DNA of 62,982 bases from a virus (taxonomy: Duplodnaviria > Caudoviricetes). Shown here piece after piece: positions 45,152 through 54,774 of this stretch. Below the pieces are notes generated by a model. It was given only the letters and a program-made list of their open reading frames with translations. It was not told the origin of the DNA and ran no database searches. The stretch is from the IMG/VR virus record IMGVR_UViG_3300006169_000019, positions 1-62,982 of that record; one strand, written 5' to 3'. The position numbers were made by a program, and so were the translations under genes. How positions within the stretch are numbered: the first letter of the stretch is position 1; each line of letters starts with the position of its first letter.

Positions 45152-46810
45152 ATGGCACGTGGACCCCGCGCCGTTGCCCAAGGTGAGGTCAGGGCGGAAG
45201 CCCCGCGTTCGGCGATCCCGGCCGCCAACGACCAGCCCACGGTTCCGGTCAACCCGGCTGAGCCCTCCGGCGACTACGGGGCGATGCTTGACCACTGGAA
45301 CAAGGTGGAGACGATCCTCAACGGCGTCGAGGCCATGCGGGCCGCGCGTGAGACGTACATGCCCAAGCTCCCCAACGAGAGCCAGGACGATTACGACTAC
45401 CGCATCAAGAACGCCAAGTTCACGAACATCTATGAGGACATCGTCACGTCGCTCGCGTCCAAGCCGTTCGCGCAGGAGTGCACGGTGGCCGACGACGCCA
45501 GTGACCGGATCAAGAAGCTGGCGGAGGACATCGACGGCCGGGGCAACAACCTCCACGTGTTCGCCTCGCAGGTGTTCTTCTACGGCATCAACTACGCCAT
45601 CGACTGGATACTGATCGACTTCACCAAGTACCAGCGGCCGGAGGGCGGCCCGTCGCGACCCCTCACGCAGAACGAAGAGGCCGCGCTGAACATGCGGCCC
45701 TACTGGGTCCACGTCCCGGCCAAGCGCATGCTCGCCGCCTACTCCGCCAAGATCAACGGCGTGGAGCAGCTGGTCCATTGCCGGATCGAAGAGAACGTCA
45801 CCATGCGGGTCGGCTTCCAAGAGAAGCTGGTCAAGCAGGTGCGCATCTTCAACCGTGACCCCATCTTCACGCCCGGCCTTGCCGATCCCACGGACTGGAC
45901 GCCCGCGACATTCGAGGTGTGGCGCCAGGACCAAGGCGAGAACTGGACGCAGGTGGAGGTGGGGCCGGTCTCCATCGGGATCGTGCCGGTGGTGCCCTAC
46001 GCAACCGGGCGCCGGAAGGGTGGCACGTGGCAGTTCGCCCCGCCCATGAAGTCGGCCGCGGACCTCCAGGTGGAGCACTTCCAGCAAGAGACCGCGCTGA
46101 AGCACATCAAGGAGCACGTGGCCTTCCCGATGCTGTCCGCGGACGGTGTCACCCCGGCCAAGAACCAGGACGGCTCAGTCAAGGCCGTGCCCATCGGCCC
46201 GAAGGCCGTGCTGTATGCGCCGCCGCACCCGGAGACCGGGCAGGCCGGGTCGTGGAAGTTCATCGAGCCGTCCGCTGAGAGCCTCAAGTTCCTGGCCGAA
46301 GAGGTCAAGAACACCGAGACCCAGATGCGTGAGATCGGCCGCCAGCCCCTGACCGCTACGGCGGGCATCACGGTGGTCGTCGCCGGGCTCGCGAGCCAGA
46401 AGGCGAGCAGCGCTGTCCAGGCCTGGGCTCTGAGCCTCAAGGACGCTCTTGAGCAAGCCTTCCGCATCACCGAGATGTGGCTGCGCGAGGCCAAGCAGAC
46501 CACGGTCAACGTCCACACCGACTTCGCTCTGGACCCCAACGACGCCAGCAGCAAGACCTTCCTCATGGAGATGCGGAAGAACGGCGACCTGAGCCGCGAA
46601 GGGCTGTGGGAGGAAGCGCAACGGCGCGGCGACCTCCGGCCTGACTTCGATCCCGATGAAGAGAAGGATCGGCTGGACGAAGAACTTGATGACCAGATCG
46701 AAGCGGACGATGCGGCCGCCGCTCGCATGATCGCGGTCAACCAAGCCCGCCAAGCCCCGCCCGCGGAGCCCGGCGCCGAACCTGAAACCCCACCGGCCGC
46801 GGAAGAGTGA
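45152..46810 (+). CDS. Portal protein (DUF4055-like)
   Basis: G...MR.A...Y.PK...ES..DY..R; DIDGRGNNL; position after terL. Confidence 0.88.
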   Translation: MARGPRAVAQGEVRAEAPRSAIPAANDQPTVPVNPAEPSGDYGAMLDHWNKVETILNGVEAMRAARETYMPKLPNESQDDYDYRIKNAKFTNIYEDIVTSLASKPFAQECTVADDASDRIKKLAEDIDGRGNNLHVFASQVFFYGINYAIDWILIDFTKYQRPEGGPSRPLTQNEEAALNMRPYWVHVPAKRMLAAYSAKINGVEQLVHCRIEENVTMRVGFQEKLVKQVRIFNRDPIFTPGLADPTDWTPATFEVWRQDQGENWTQVEVGPVSIGIVPVVPYATGRRKGGTWQFAPPMKSAADLQVEHFQQETALKHIKEHVAFPMLSADGVTPAKNQDGSVKAVPIGPKAVLYAPPHPETGQAGSWKFIEPSAESLKFLAEEVKNTETQMREIGRQPLTATAGITVVVAGLASQKASSAVQAWALSLKDALEQAFRITEMWLREAKQTTVNVHTDFALDPNDASSKTFLMEMRKNGDLSREGLWEEAQRRGDLRPDFDPDEEKDRLDEELDDQIEADDAAAARMIAVNQARQAPPAEPGAEPETPPAAEE

Positions 46811-46820
46811 TGAAGGCAAG

Positions 46821-47048
46821 ATGGCTCTGGCAGCACGAGATACCAAGAAGCGCGTCAGTCAGGCTGGCAAGGATTTCGCCAAGCGAATGGCGGAGGCAAG
46901 AGCGGCAAAAGCGAAGGGCAAGGGCTCCAAATCTTCGCCCGCGCGTTCTAGCTCCAAGGTCAAGACTTCTGCTGCGAAGGTCACCGGGAAGACACAACGC
47001 AAGGCTCCAGCTTCTGCTACGCGCAAGAAGCGGGTGACCAAAAAGTAG
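46821..47048 (+). CDS. Small Lys/Arg/Ala/Ser-rich basic protein
   Basis: 75 aa, extremely basic; between portal and scaffold. Confidence 0.55.
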   Translation: MALAARDTKKRVSQAGKDFAKRMAEARAAKAKGKGSKSSPARSSSKVKTSAAKVTGKTQRKAPASATRKKRVTKK

Positions 47049-47107
47049 TAGAAGACTTGAGGAATAACTGCGGTTATTCTCATAGCCATTCGGTCATGTG
47101 ACCGATT

Positions 47108-47173
47108 GCCGCGACGGATGGATGTCCAGCGGCGCACCGGGGCGGATGCCCCACGGCCCGCGGCGGATGCCGC
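47108..47173 (+). promoter_or_regulatory. Three GGAU-loop hairpins in the scaffold 5' leader (putative translational operator)
   Basis: gccgcgac-GGATGGAT-gtccagcggc; ggggc-GGAT-gcccc; gcggc-GGAT-gccgc, abutting the RBS. Confidence 0.55.
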
Positions 47174-47190
47174 ATTAAGGAACCCTCACC

Positions 47191-47973
47191 ATGTGGAAGC
47201 TCAAGCTTGACGAGAACGGCAATGCAGTCCTGGTGGACGGCAAGCCGGTGTTCGTGGACGAGAACGGCAAGGACGTCACCTATGACGTCAACGACACTCG
47301 TGCGACCATCACGCGCCTGAACGGCGAGGCCATGGGCCACCGTCAGAAGGCGGAAGCCGCGACGGCCGAACTCAAGAAGTTTGAGGGCATCGACCCGGAC
47401 AAGGCGCGCGACGCGCTGACCAAGGTCCAGAACATCGATGACAAGAAGCTGGTGGACGCGGGCCAAGTCGAGCAGGTGCGCCAGGAGGCGGCCAAGGCCG
47501 TCCACGAGCAGTACGCGCCGGTGGTCAAGGAAAACGAGACCCTGAAGCTGCAGCTGCGGCAAGAAAAGATCGGCGGCCGGTTCGCCCGGTCCAAGTTCAT
47601 CGAAGACAAGGTGGCCATCCCGGCCGACCTCGTGGAAGCCAAGTTCGGCGCCCACTTCGACCTCGTGGACGGCGAGCCGGTGGGCTACTACGACGCCGAC
47701 CACAAGCAACCCATCTTCTCCAGCGCGAACCCCGGCAAGCACGCCGACGTGGACGAAGCCCTGGAAAAGCTCATCGACGCCTACCCGCGCAAGGGCGACA
47801 TTCTCAAGGGATCGGGCCACAACGGCACCGGCTCCGGCCCCGGCGCTGAAGGCGCTGGTGGGAAGAACCCCTGGAAGCAGGGGCCGACGTTCAACCTGTC
47901 CGAGCAGGACAAGCTGGAGGCCACGAACCCTCAGCTTGCCCAGCGGATGAAGGCCGAAGCAGGGGTGGCCTGA
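47191..47973 (+). CDS. Capsid scaffolding protein (DUF6651-like)
   Basis: DGKPV..., RLNGEA..HR, KKLVDAG, F..SKFI; directly upstream of the capsid gene. Confidence 0.8.
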   Translation: MWKLKLDENGNAVLVDGKPVFVDENGKDVTYDVNDTRATITRLNGEAMGHRQKAEAATAELKKFEGIDPDKARDALTKVQNIDDKKLVDAGQVEQVRQEAAKAVHEQYAPVVKENETLKLQLRQEKIGGRFARSKFIEDKVAIPADLVEAKFGAHFDLVDGEPVGYYDADHKQPIFSSANPGKHADVDEALEKLIDAYPRKGDILKGSGHNGTGSGPGAEGAGGKNPWKQGPTFNLSEQDKLEATNPQLAQRMKAEAGVA

Positions 47974-48030
47974 GTAAACCCCTGTTAACGCAGGCGGGCC
48001 GTTGGCCTCGCTGTAACTGAAGGACCAGAG

Positions 48031-49044
48031 ATGGCCACGGTTCAACTCGCTGACCTCGTTTTCGGGGCCAACTTCAACAACTACACGGTGACTGAGTCCA
48101 CGCGCCTGAACGCCTTCGCGGCTTCGGGCGTGATGGTCCGTGACGCCGCCATCGACGCGATGGCCGGGCAGCAGGGGTACATCCACAACCTGCCGCGCTG
48201 GAACCGTCTGCCGAACGATGAGCCCAACGCCTCTTCGGACAACCCCGCGGACATCGCGGTGCCCAAGAAGATCGGCGCCAGCGCGGAAATCGCGCGCAAG
48301 CTCATGCGGAACCAAGGCTGGTCGTCCAGCGACCTCGCTTCGGCGCTGGTCGCCCAAGACCCGCTGCAGGTGATCGGCGCGCAGATCGGCGGCTACTGGG
48401 CCGGGGTCAACCAGACGACCATCATCAAGATGTGCCTGGGGATCATGGCGGACAACATCGCGAACGACGGCGGTGACATGGTGAAGTCGGTCGCGACCGA
48501 CGATGCCGGCGCCGTCACGGACGCGGAACTGTTCAGCGATGACGTGCTCATCGACGCCGCCCAGACCATGGGCGACGCCAAGGGCGCCCTCCGGGCCATC
48601 GCCGTGCACTCGCAGCTGCATGCCCGCATGCAGAAGCTGGGCGCCCTGGTCGATGCGTACGACCCGGAGACCGGCGTGCTGATGTTCCAGACCTACCAGG
48701 GCAAGCGCGTCATCGTGGACGACGACATGCCGGTGGTCCAGGGCGCGAACCGCAAGACGTTCACCAGCATCCTGTTCGGTGCGGGCGTCTTCGGTCAGGG
48801 CTTCGGTGCGCCGAAGACCCCCACCGCGGTCGCGCGGGCGGAAGAGGAAGGCAACGGTGAAGGCGTGGAAACGCTCTGGAACCGTCGTCACGAGATCATC
48901 CACCCGCGGGGCTTCGCCGTCGCCGGCACTCAGGTGTCGTCGGCTGCCACGCCGTCCTACGCCACGCTGGCCTCCGCGGCCTCGTGGAACCGGATCGCGC
49001 CGCGGAAGCTGATCGCCCTGGCCTTCATCCAGACCAACGGCTAA
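48031..49044 (+). CDS. Major capsid protein
   Basis: 337 aa; AF.ASG, A....GD, VHS, TY.GKRVIVDD, HPRGF, LA....W.R. Confidence 0.9.
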   Translation: MATVQLADLVFGANFNNYTVTESTRLNAFAASGVMVRDAAIDAMAGQQGYIHNLPRWNRLPNDEPNASSDNPADIAVPKKIGASAEIARKLMRNQGWSSSDLASALVAQDPLQVIGAQIGGYWAGVNQTTIIKMCLGIMADNIANDGGDMVKSVATDDAGAVTDAELFSDDVLIDAAQTMGDAKGALRAIAVHSQLHARMQKLGALVDAYDPETGVLMFQTYQGKRVIVDDDMPVVQGANRKTFTSILFGAGVFGQGFGAPKTPTAVARAEEEGNGEGVETLWNRRHEIIHPRGFAVAGTQVSSAATPSYATLASAASWNRIAPRKLIALAFIQTNG

Positions 49045-49101
49045 TCGTCAACCCCTAGCATGGGGCCGTCCGATGGGCCGCCCCGAAGTCGAAAGCTGAC
49101 T

Positions 49102-49782
49102 ATGCGCAGCATCTACCTCTCCACGGTGGCCCTGGCGATGATGGGCCCCAACGTCTGCTTCGCCGACAACGGCGATGACGGCGCCGGTGGTGGGTCGGCC
49201 CCGCAGCCGCCCGCGCCGGAAGACACCACCATGCGCGAGGCGATCCCCAACCCGGTGATCATCCAGGATGGCCAGATCGCGCTCACCGCCCGCAACAACG
49301 GCGACGGCACCTGGGCCGTGACCGCTGGGCCGGGCGGCAAGGTGCTCCGTGACGGCCTCGCTCGTGAGCAGGCCATCGCCATCGTCGGCGCTCCCACCGG
49401 CCCCTACGACCCGGCTACGGTCGGCGAAGGCAAGCTGGCGGATCAGCGCCTGGACGTGGAGCAACAGCTGGTGGACGAGACCCATGGCACGACCCTGGTC
49501 ACCGACGAAGAGGCCGGAGCGGTGGACCCGCGTCTGGCCAACCGCAGCGTCACCGATCCCTCCACCGGGGAGAAGGTCCGCAGCAGCACCGCCGGCACCC
49601 GCGTCATCGCGACGGGCGTTCCCACCTACGATGCGGCCCAGGCCACGGCCTCCGCTGAAGAGGTGGAAGACCGCAAGACGGCCACCACCACCGTCATCGG
49701 CGGCGGCGCCGTGACCGGCGAGGCGAAGGGCAACGGTGAGGGCGAAGGCTCCACCAAGTCCAAGCCCCGCTCCAAGGAATAG
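49102..49782 (+). CDS. Virion-associated hypothetical protein
   Basis: Follows the capsid gene; strong codon bias. Confidence 0.55.
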   Translation: MRSIYLSTVALAMMGPNVCFADNGDDGAGGGSAPQPPAPEDTTMREAIPNPVIIQDGQIALTARNNGDGTWAVTAGPGGKVLRDGLAREQAIAIVGAPTGPYDPATVGEGKLADQRLDVEQQLVDETHGTTLVTDEEAGAVDPRLANRSVTDPSTGEKVRSSTAGTRVIATGVPTYDAAQATASAEEVEDRKTATTTVIGGGAVTGEAKGNGEGEGSTKSKPRSKE

Positions 49783-49925
49783 GCGCAGCGACCAGCGCCT
49801 AGGGTTGAGCCCTGCCCCTTGTCCCGTCGAGGGGTGGGGCTCCCCATCAATAACACCGCGCTCTGCGCAAACTGATTGATGGCCGAGTTGGCCGCGCTCT
49901 GTTCAACCTGCTGGAAGGATCGGCT

Positions 49926-50348
49926 ATGACCGACATCGTCTATTCCCAGAGCCCCCATCCCGCCATGCGGGAGAAGGGCGCGAAGTACCAGAACCCGCGC
50001 ATGTTCTCCGGCGTCGTGGACGGCGTGAGCCGGGCCGTCGTCGTGGGCGACTTCCCTGACATCGTCAAGGCGTACAAGGCCGCGGGCGTCGAGGTGGTGG
50101 AGCCGGAGAAGGAGGCCCAGGCCGTCCAGACCGCGGCTGTGATCGCGGAGAGCCCGGCCCTGACGGAAGACCAGCGGCGCTCGCTGGCCATTCCGGAGAA
50201 CTGGCGCGACCTCTCGTGGACCCAGCGCGACGGCGGCGGCGACGGCCTGACCCTGCGCAGCCTCGCGTCGGCCCTGTCCGACGAACCCGTCAACAACAAC
50301 CAAACCGCCATCGAAGTAATCGAAGGCGAACTGGCCAAGCGCGGCTAA
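49926..50348 (+). CDS. Head accessory/hypothetical protein
   Basis: NPR.F.G...VVGDFP.I..AY; IP.NW..L.W. Confidence 0.65.
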   Translation: MTDIVYSQSPHPAMREKGAKYQNPRMFSGVVDGVSRAVVVGDFPDIVKAYKAAGVEVVEPEKEAQAVQTAAVIAESPALTEDQRRSLAIPENWRDLSWTQRDGGGDGLTLRSLASALSDEPVNNNQTAIEVIEGELAKRG

Positions 50349-50353
50349 GCGCC

Positions 50354-50782
50354 ATGGGCGATCTGGTGCACCTGCCGGGCGCGGAGCCGAAGGATGAGCG
50401 CAAGCTGATCCTGGTCTGCCCTTGCGGGTGCACCAACTTTCACCTCCACGCCGATGGGCACGTGGAATGCACCAACTGCGAGAACCTGACGCCCAATCCC
50501 GACAACGCCTGGCATGAGCGCGTCCCGGCGCCGCCCGCGGTCGGTGAGGCCGTCCCATCCAACGAACATGACTTCAAGATCATCGACCTCGACACGGCGC
50601 CGATCTACGTGCGACGCAAGGCCGATCTGATCAACGGAGCCGCCGCCATCGTCATCATCGGCCGCAACAGCGACCTCAGCACATGGGTCTGGTCCGGCGT
50701 CGAGACGCCCGAACAGCGCGAGTGGCTGGAGCGCCGGATGGCCGAAGCCGCAACACTCGTGAGGGTCAAGACATGCCGTTGA
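50354..50782 (+). CDS. Zn-ribbon hypothetical protein
   Basis: CPCGC..F......ECTNC. Confidence 0.55.
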   Translation: MGDLVHLPGAEPKDERKLILVCPCGCTNFHLHADGHVECTNCENLTPNPDNAWHERVPAPPAVGEAVPSNEHDFKIIDLDTAPIYVRRKADLINGAAAIVIIGRNSDLSTWVWSGVETPEQREWLERRMAEAATLVRVKTCR

Positions 50783-51282
50783 TCGTGGTTCCGCAGGCCG
50801 ATGCTGACGCCCTCATTGACCGCGCCTACTTCACCGAGTTTGCGGAGAAGATGGGCTGGGACCTGACCGGCAAAGACCCGGACAAGGTCATTGACCCGGC
50901 CATTCGCCGGGCGTCGCTCTACATGAGCCTGGGCTGGGGTTGGTCGGGCGCGAAGGTCGGCCCCACCGTTCTCGCCTTCCCGCGGACCATGTACGACGCC
51001 GCGGGCGTCCCGATCCCCACCGATCCCCTGCCGGAGGCGATCCGCATGGCTACGGCCTACGCGACGTGGGAAGAGGTGCAGCGCCCGAACTCCCTCATGC
51101 CCACCGTCCGGCCGGAGGCGCCGGTGAAGCGCAAGAAGGTCGGCAGCTTGGAGGTTGAGTACTTCAACGCTCCGGCGATTGTCCAGCCGATCATCACCGC
51201 GCTGGCTCCGCTCCTGGCCGGGTTCCTGCTCGTGGAGGAAGCGGCCGACAATCCGCTGGTGGGGTTCAGCTACCGTGTTTGA
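50773..51282 (+). CDS. Head-tail adaptor (DnaT-like family)
   Basis: A.RRAS.Y, LAFPR, P..I..A, KRKKVGSLEVEY. Confidence 0.8.
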   Translation: MPLIVVPQADADALIDRAYFTEFAEKMGWDLTGKDPDKVIDPAIRRASLYMSLGWGWSGAKVGPTVLAFPRTMYDAAGVPIPTDPLPEAIRMATAYATWEEVQRPNSLMPTVRPEAPVKRKKVGSLEVEYFNAPAIVQPIITALAPLLAGFLLVEEAADNPLVGFSYRV

Positions 51283-51634
51283 TTACCTCGCCTCGCGTGA
51301 AGATGCCAACCAGCTGATTGAAGAGTTTGGTCAGCTGGCCACGCTTGAGCGGCCGACGTGGACCGGCCCCAAGCACGATCCGGAGCCCGGCGAGCCGGAG
51401 CGGTTCCAGCGGTGGCTGGTGGTGGACCCAGACGGCTTCAAGGTCAACGAAGTCGATGGCGCACGCATCCTGGCGACTGACAAGAAAATCCTCCTGGCTG
51501 TTGGGGACACGGAGCTTCCCCTCAGCACGGATTTCCAGCTTATTATCGGAGGCGAGCCGCACGCGATTGTCGATTTCTGGCCCGTAGCGCCCGCTGGAGT
51601 GACTGTATTTTGGACCGTCCAAGCCCGCAAGTAA
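51275..51634 (+). CDS. Head closure protein
   Basis: DY.....A..LI.EFG, DG..I..TDKK, V.PAG......Q.RK. Confidence 0.8.
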   Translation: MFDYLASREDANQLIEEFGQLATLERPTWTGPKHDPEPGEPERFQRWLVVDPDGFKVNEVDGARILATDKKILLAVGDTELPLSTDFQLIIGGEPHAIVDFWPVAPAGVTVFWTVQARK

Positions 51635-51815
51635 TCCATGCCAGCGTTCGTGCTTCGGCGGCGATGTCGCAACTTGAAGGTGAAGTAAAGCACCTTGAGG
51701 CCGCAGTGATGCGGGGCGACGCTGACGGGATCGCTTACCACCGGGCTCGCGTTCACGATTATCTGGACGCCCACCTGGACCAGAAGATACTTGCTATCGA
51801 GCTAGTGTTGAAGAC

Positions 51816-52847
51816 ATGACTGTTTGGGAAGCACTTGAAGCGAAGTATGATAAGGCCATCGCGGACGCCTTTGAGCGCGCCGTGGCCGATCTGCGCGCGG
51901 GTGCTGACCTTGGCCGCATCCTGACGGCCCTTCAACGGGGCGACCTCGCCGAAGCCATCGCCGCCATGAACCTGGATGAAGCGGCCATGAACCGGCTGGT
52001 GGTCGAGATTGAGACGGCGTTCAGGGAGGCGGGCGACCTCGCCGCCAGCGAGATGCCGCCGCTCACGGACCAGAGCGGCGCCCGCGTCATCTTCCGGTTC
52101 AACGTCCGCAACCCGGCCGCGGAGCGGTGGCTGCGTGAGCACTCCAGCCGTCTCGTGACGGACATCATGGAAGACCAGCGCGTTGCGATCCGGGCGGCGC
52201 TGGAGCGTGGCATGGCCCGCGGTGACAACCCGCGCACCACGGCGCTCGACATTGTGGGCCGACTGAACAAGGTGTCCAAGCAGCGGGAAGGCGGCATCAT
52301 CGGCCTGACCTCGCAGCAAGAGCAGTTCGTGTCGAACGCCCGCTACGAGCTTGAGCAGGGCGGCGACGCCAACTACTTCAAGCGCGCTCTCCGCGACAAG
52401 CGGTATGACCGCACGATCAAGAAGGCCATGGACGCGGGTGAGCCCATCTCGCCGGAGACGATCACCGCCGCGATCCGCAGCTACAAGAACCGGCTGCTCA
52501 AGTACCGGGCTGACGCCATCGGCCGATCCGAGAGCCTGACCGCGCTCCGCAAGGCAGAGAATGACGCCTACCGCCAAGCCGTGGAAGACGGCAAGGTGGA
52601 TCAAGACGCGATCATCAAGGACTGGGACAGCACCGGCGACCGAAAGGTGCGCAACAGCCACGTCGTGCTGGACGGCCAGACCCGGCGCTTCATGGAGCCG
52701 TTCGTCAGCCCCACCGGCGCCCGCATGCAGTTTCCGGGCGACACGAGCCTGGGCGCCCCGGCGTCCGAGATCATCCAGTGCCGCTGCCGGGCTCGCTACC
52801 GTATCGACTTCCTGGCCGCGGCCTTCGGCAACCGGGAGCCCGCGTGA
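51816..52847 (+). CDS. Minor head/morphogenesis protein (Mu gpF/SPP1 gp7-like)
   Basis: K.W....D..VR.SH..LDGQ, FPGD.SLGAP..E.IQCRC. Confidence 0.85.
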   Translation: MTVWEALEAKYDKAIADAFERAVADLRAGADLGRILTALQRGDLAEAIAAMNLDEAAMNRLVVEIETAFREAGDLAASEMPPLTDQSGARVIFRFNVRNPAAERWLREHSSRLVTDIMEDQRVAIRAALERGMARGDNPRTTALDIVGRLNKVSKQREGGIIGLTSQQEQFVSNARYELEQGGDANYFKRALRDKRYDRTIKKAMDAGEPISPETITAAIRSYKNRLLKYRADAIGRSESLTALRKAENDAYRQAVEDGKVDQDAIIKDWDSTGDRKVRNSHVVLDGQTRRFMEPFVSPTGARMQFPGDTSLGAPASEIIQCRCRARYRIDFLAAAFGNREPA

Positions 52848-53272
52848 TGGGACGGTTCGCCGCGCAAGTCCATCGCTGGGTCCAAGAGAAGGGCCATGAC
52901 GCCGTGCTGGCCGTCCGCAACGAAGCGGCCCAGCGCGTCTTCAACCTCGCCCAGACGCCAGTGGCGAAGGGTGGCAACATGCCGGTCAAGACCGGCTTCC
53001 TGCGCGCGAGCCCGCGGGCCACGAAGGATGGCAGCCTGCCGATGCTCGCGAAGCGGCCGGGCACGGCGGAAGACAACAGCTACGACTACAACCCGGCCGC
53101 GATCCTCGCCGTCATCGCGTCGGCCGAACTGCAGGACGTGATCACCTTCGCCTACACGGCCAACTACGCCCGGTTCGTGGAGAACAAGCGCAAGTTCGTC
53201 GCCCTCGCCGCCCAGCAGTGGCCGCAGATGGTCGATGAGGTCTGCGCCGAAGCCAAGCGGAGGTTCGGCTGA
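52847..53272 (+). CDS. Tail completion protein (HK97 gp10-like)
   Basis: MPVKTGFLRAS, ANYA..VE, AAQQW. Confidence 0.8.
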   Translation: MGRFAAQVHRWVQEKGHDAVLAVRNEAAQRVFNLAQTPVAKGGNMPVKTGFLRASPRATKDGSLPMLAKRPGTAEDNSYDYNPAAILAVIASAELQDVITFAYTANYARFVENKRKFVALAAQQWPQMVDEVCAEAKRRFG

Positions 53273-53691
53273 TGGACCGTGACGTCATCGCCAATATCCT
53301 CCTGACCCGCGCCCTGCTCATGGAGACCCAAGGGCCGACGCTCCCGGTGAGCGTGCCGGAGCCCGCGGAGGTGTTCGCCCCGCCCGCGGACGGCCGGTAC
53401 GTTGACGTGGGGTTCTTCCCCAACGCCAACAAGTGGGAGGGAATGACCCAGGGCCGGATGGAGCAGGGGTTGCTGGGTGTGACGGTGGTGTGGCCGAAGA
53501 ACAAGGGAGTGATCAAGCCCTACGCCGCGGCCAAGGCCGTCGCGCAGCACTTCCCCAAGGGCCTGGAATTGTCGGCAGACGGCGTCAAGGTTAAGATCAA
53601 CCGCGACCCGGTGCTGGCTGAACCCCTGATCGAGGCGACCAAGGTGTCTGTCCCGGTCAACATCTCCTGGGAGGCCACGCGTGTCTCGTAG
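53272..53691 (+). CDS. Tail terminator protein (DUF4128-like)
   Basis: F.PP.DG.Y, G.L.V.V..P...G, HFP.G. Confidence 0.75.
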   Translation: MDRDVIANILLTRALLMETQGPTLPVSVPEPAEVFAPPADGRYVDVGFFPNANKWEGMTQGRMEQGLLGVTVVWPKNKGVIKPYAAAKAVAQHFPKGLELSADGVKVKINRDPVLAEPLIEATKVSVPVNISWEATRVS

Positions 53692-53743
53692 GATCGCCCC
53701 AACGGCCGCATTGGGCAGCGGCGCTTTGAGAAGGGAGCCTTGA

Positions 53744-54223
53744 ATGGCCATCTCGTCAACCACTGGGGCGAAAATCTTCATCGGCCCCATCAATGCGACC
53801 GCCGACAGCGAAGAGGACTACGAAGCCCTCAGCGGCTGGATCGAAGTCAAGGAAGTCGAGAGCATCGGCGAGTTCGGCGACCAAGCGTCCACCGTGACGT
53901 TCACGTCGCTGGGCGATGCCCGCGTGCGGAAGCGGAAGGGCGTGCGCGACGCGGGCGACCTCGCCGTGTCCGTCGCCAACGACCCGCGCGACCCCGGCCA
54001 GCAGGCGCTGATCGCCGCGGAGCAGACGGAGTTCAGCTACGCCGTGAAGGTGGTCCTGGCCGACGCGCCCGACGCCAACGACACGGACAGCACGAGCTAC
54101 TTCCGCGCGCTCATCGCGTCGGCCCGGCTGAACGTGGGTGAGGCCAACGCGATCATCCGCCGCGGCTTCGCCTTCCTGATCGACAGCAAGATTGTCGAGG
54201 TGCCCAGCGCCGCCGTGGCGTAA
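53744..54223 (+). CDS. Major tail tube protein
   Basis: IGEFG, K.KG..DAG, D..DPGQ..L. Confidence 0.85.
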   Translation: MAISSTTGAKIFIGPINATADSEEDYEALSGWIEVKEVESIGEFGDQASTVTFTSLGDARVRKRKGVRDAGDLAVSVANDPRDPGQQALIAAEQTEFSYAVKVVLADAPDANDTDSTSYFRALIASARLNVGEANAIIRRGFAFLIDSKIVEVPSAAVA

Positions 54224-54257
54224 GCTCTCGACTGAAAGAAAGAAATCAGGTTAGATT

Positions 54258-54286
54258 GGGCCGGGCAGCAATGTCCGGCCCTTTTT
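54258..54286 (+). terminator. Intrinsic terminator after the tail tube gene
   Basis: gggccgggca-gcaa-tgtccggccc-ttttt. Confidence 0.75.
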
Positions 54287-54319
54287 ACAGAAGCCAACAA
54301 GTCAAGGATCACCAAGCCA

Positions 54320-54763
54320 ATGGGTATCGCCTCCCTCCAGACTGCTGCCAACGCCAACGAAGGCCGGTGGCTCCACGTCGAACACCTCGACAACCGCACC
54401 CCGCTCTACGCGGATGAAGGTGACACCAAGACCAAGCCGGTGCGCCTTCTGCTGCTCGGCAAGGACAGCAAGGCGTACATCGAGAGCGAGCAGGCCACGC
54501 GCACGCGCTCCGTCGAGAACATCAAGAAGCGCGTCAAGTATTCGGCGCCGGAAGACGACGCCCTGACCGTCGAGACCCTGGCCCGCTGCACGGCCGGGTG
54601 GGAGAATATCCCGCAGGGCTGGCTCGACGGCACCAACGACGAGACGCCCGCGGAGTTCTCGCAGGAGAACGCCAAGAAGCTCTACAGCAACCCCGGCGTC
54701 GCCTGGGTGAAGGAGCAGGCTGACGAGTTCATCGGCACCCGCGCAAATTTCTTGAAGCCCTAG
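54320..54763 (+). CDS. Tail assembly chaperone (gpG-like)
   Basis: G.DS..Y, W.N., FS.ENA..LY, W..EQ.D.F...RANF. Confidence 0.8.
   Translation: MGIASLQTAANANEGRWLHVEHLDNRTPLYADEGDTKTKPVRLLLLGKDSKAYIESEQATRTRSVENIKKRVKYSAPEDDALTVETLARCTAGWENIPQGWLDGTNDETPAEFSQENAKKLYSNPGVAWVKEQADEFIGTRANFLKP
54745..54751 (+). other. -1 programmed frameshift slippery site
   Basis: A AAT TTC heptamer; the -1 frame is open into the 54775-55197 ORF. Confidence 0.75.
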
Positions 54764-54774
54764 CCGACCTGCTG

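Noticed and set aside
54228-54256. Possible internal promoter TCGACT-17-TTAGAT after the tail tube gene
   Set aside because: Single instance overlapping a terminator region; cannot be supported without transcript data
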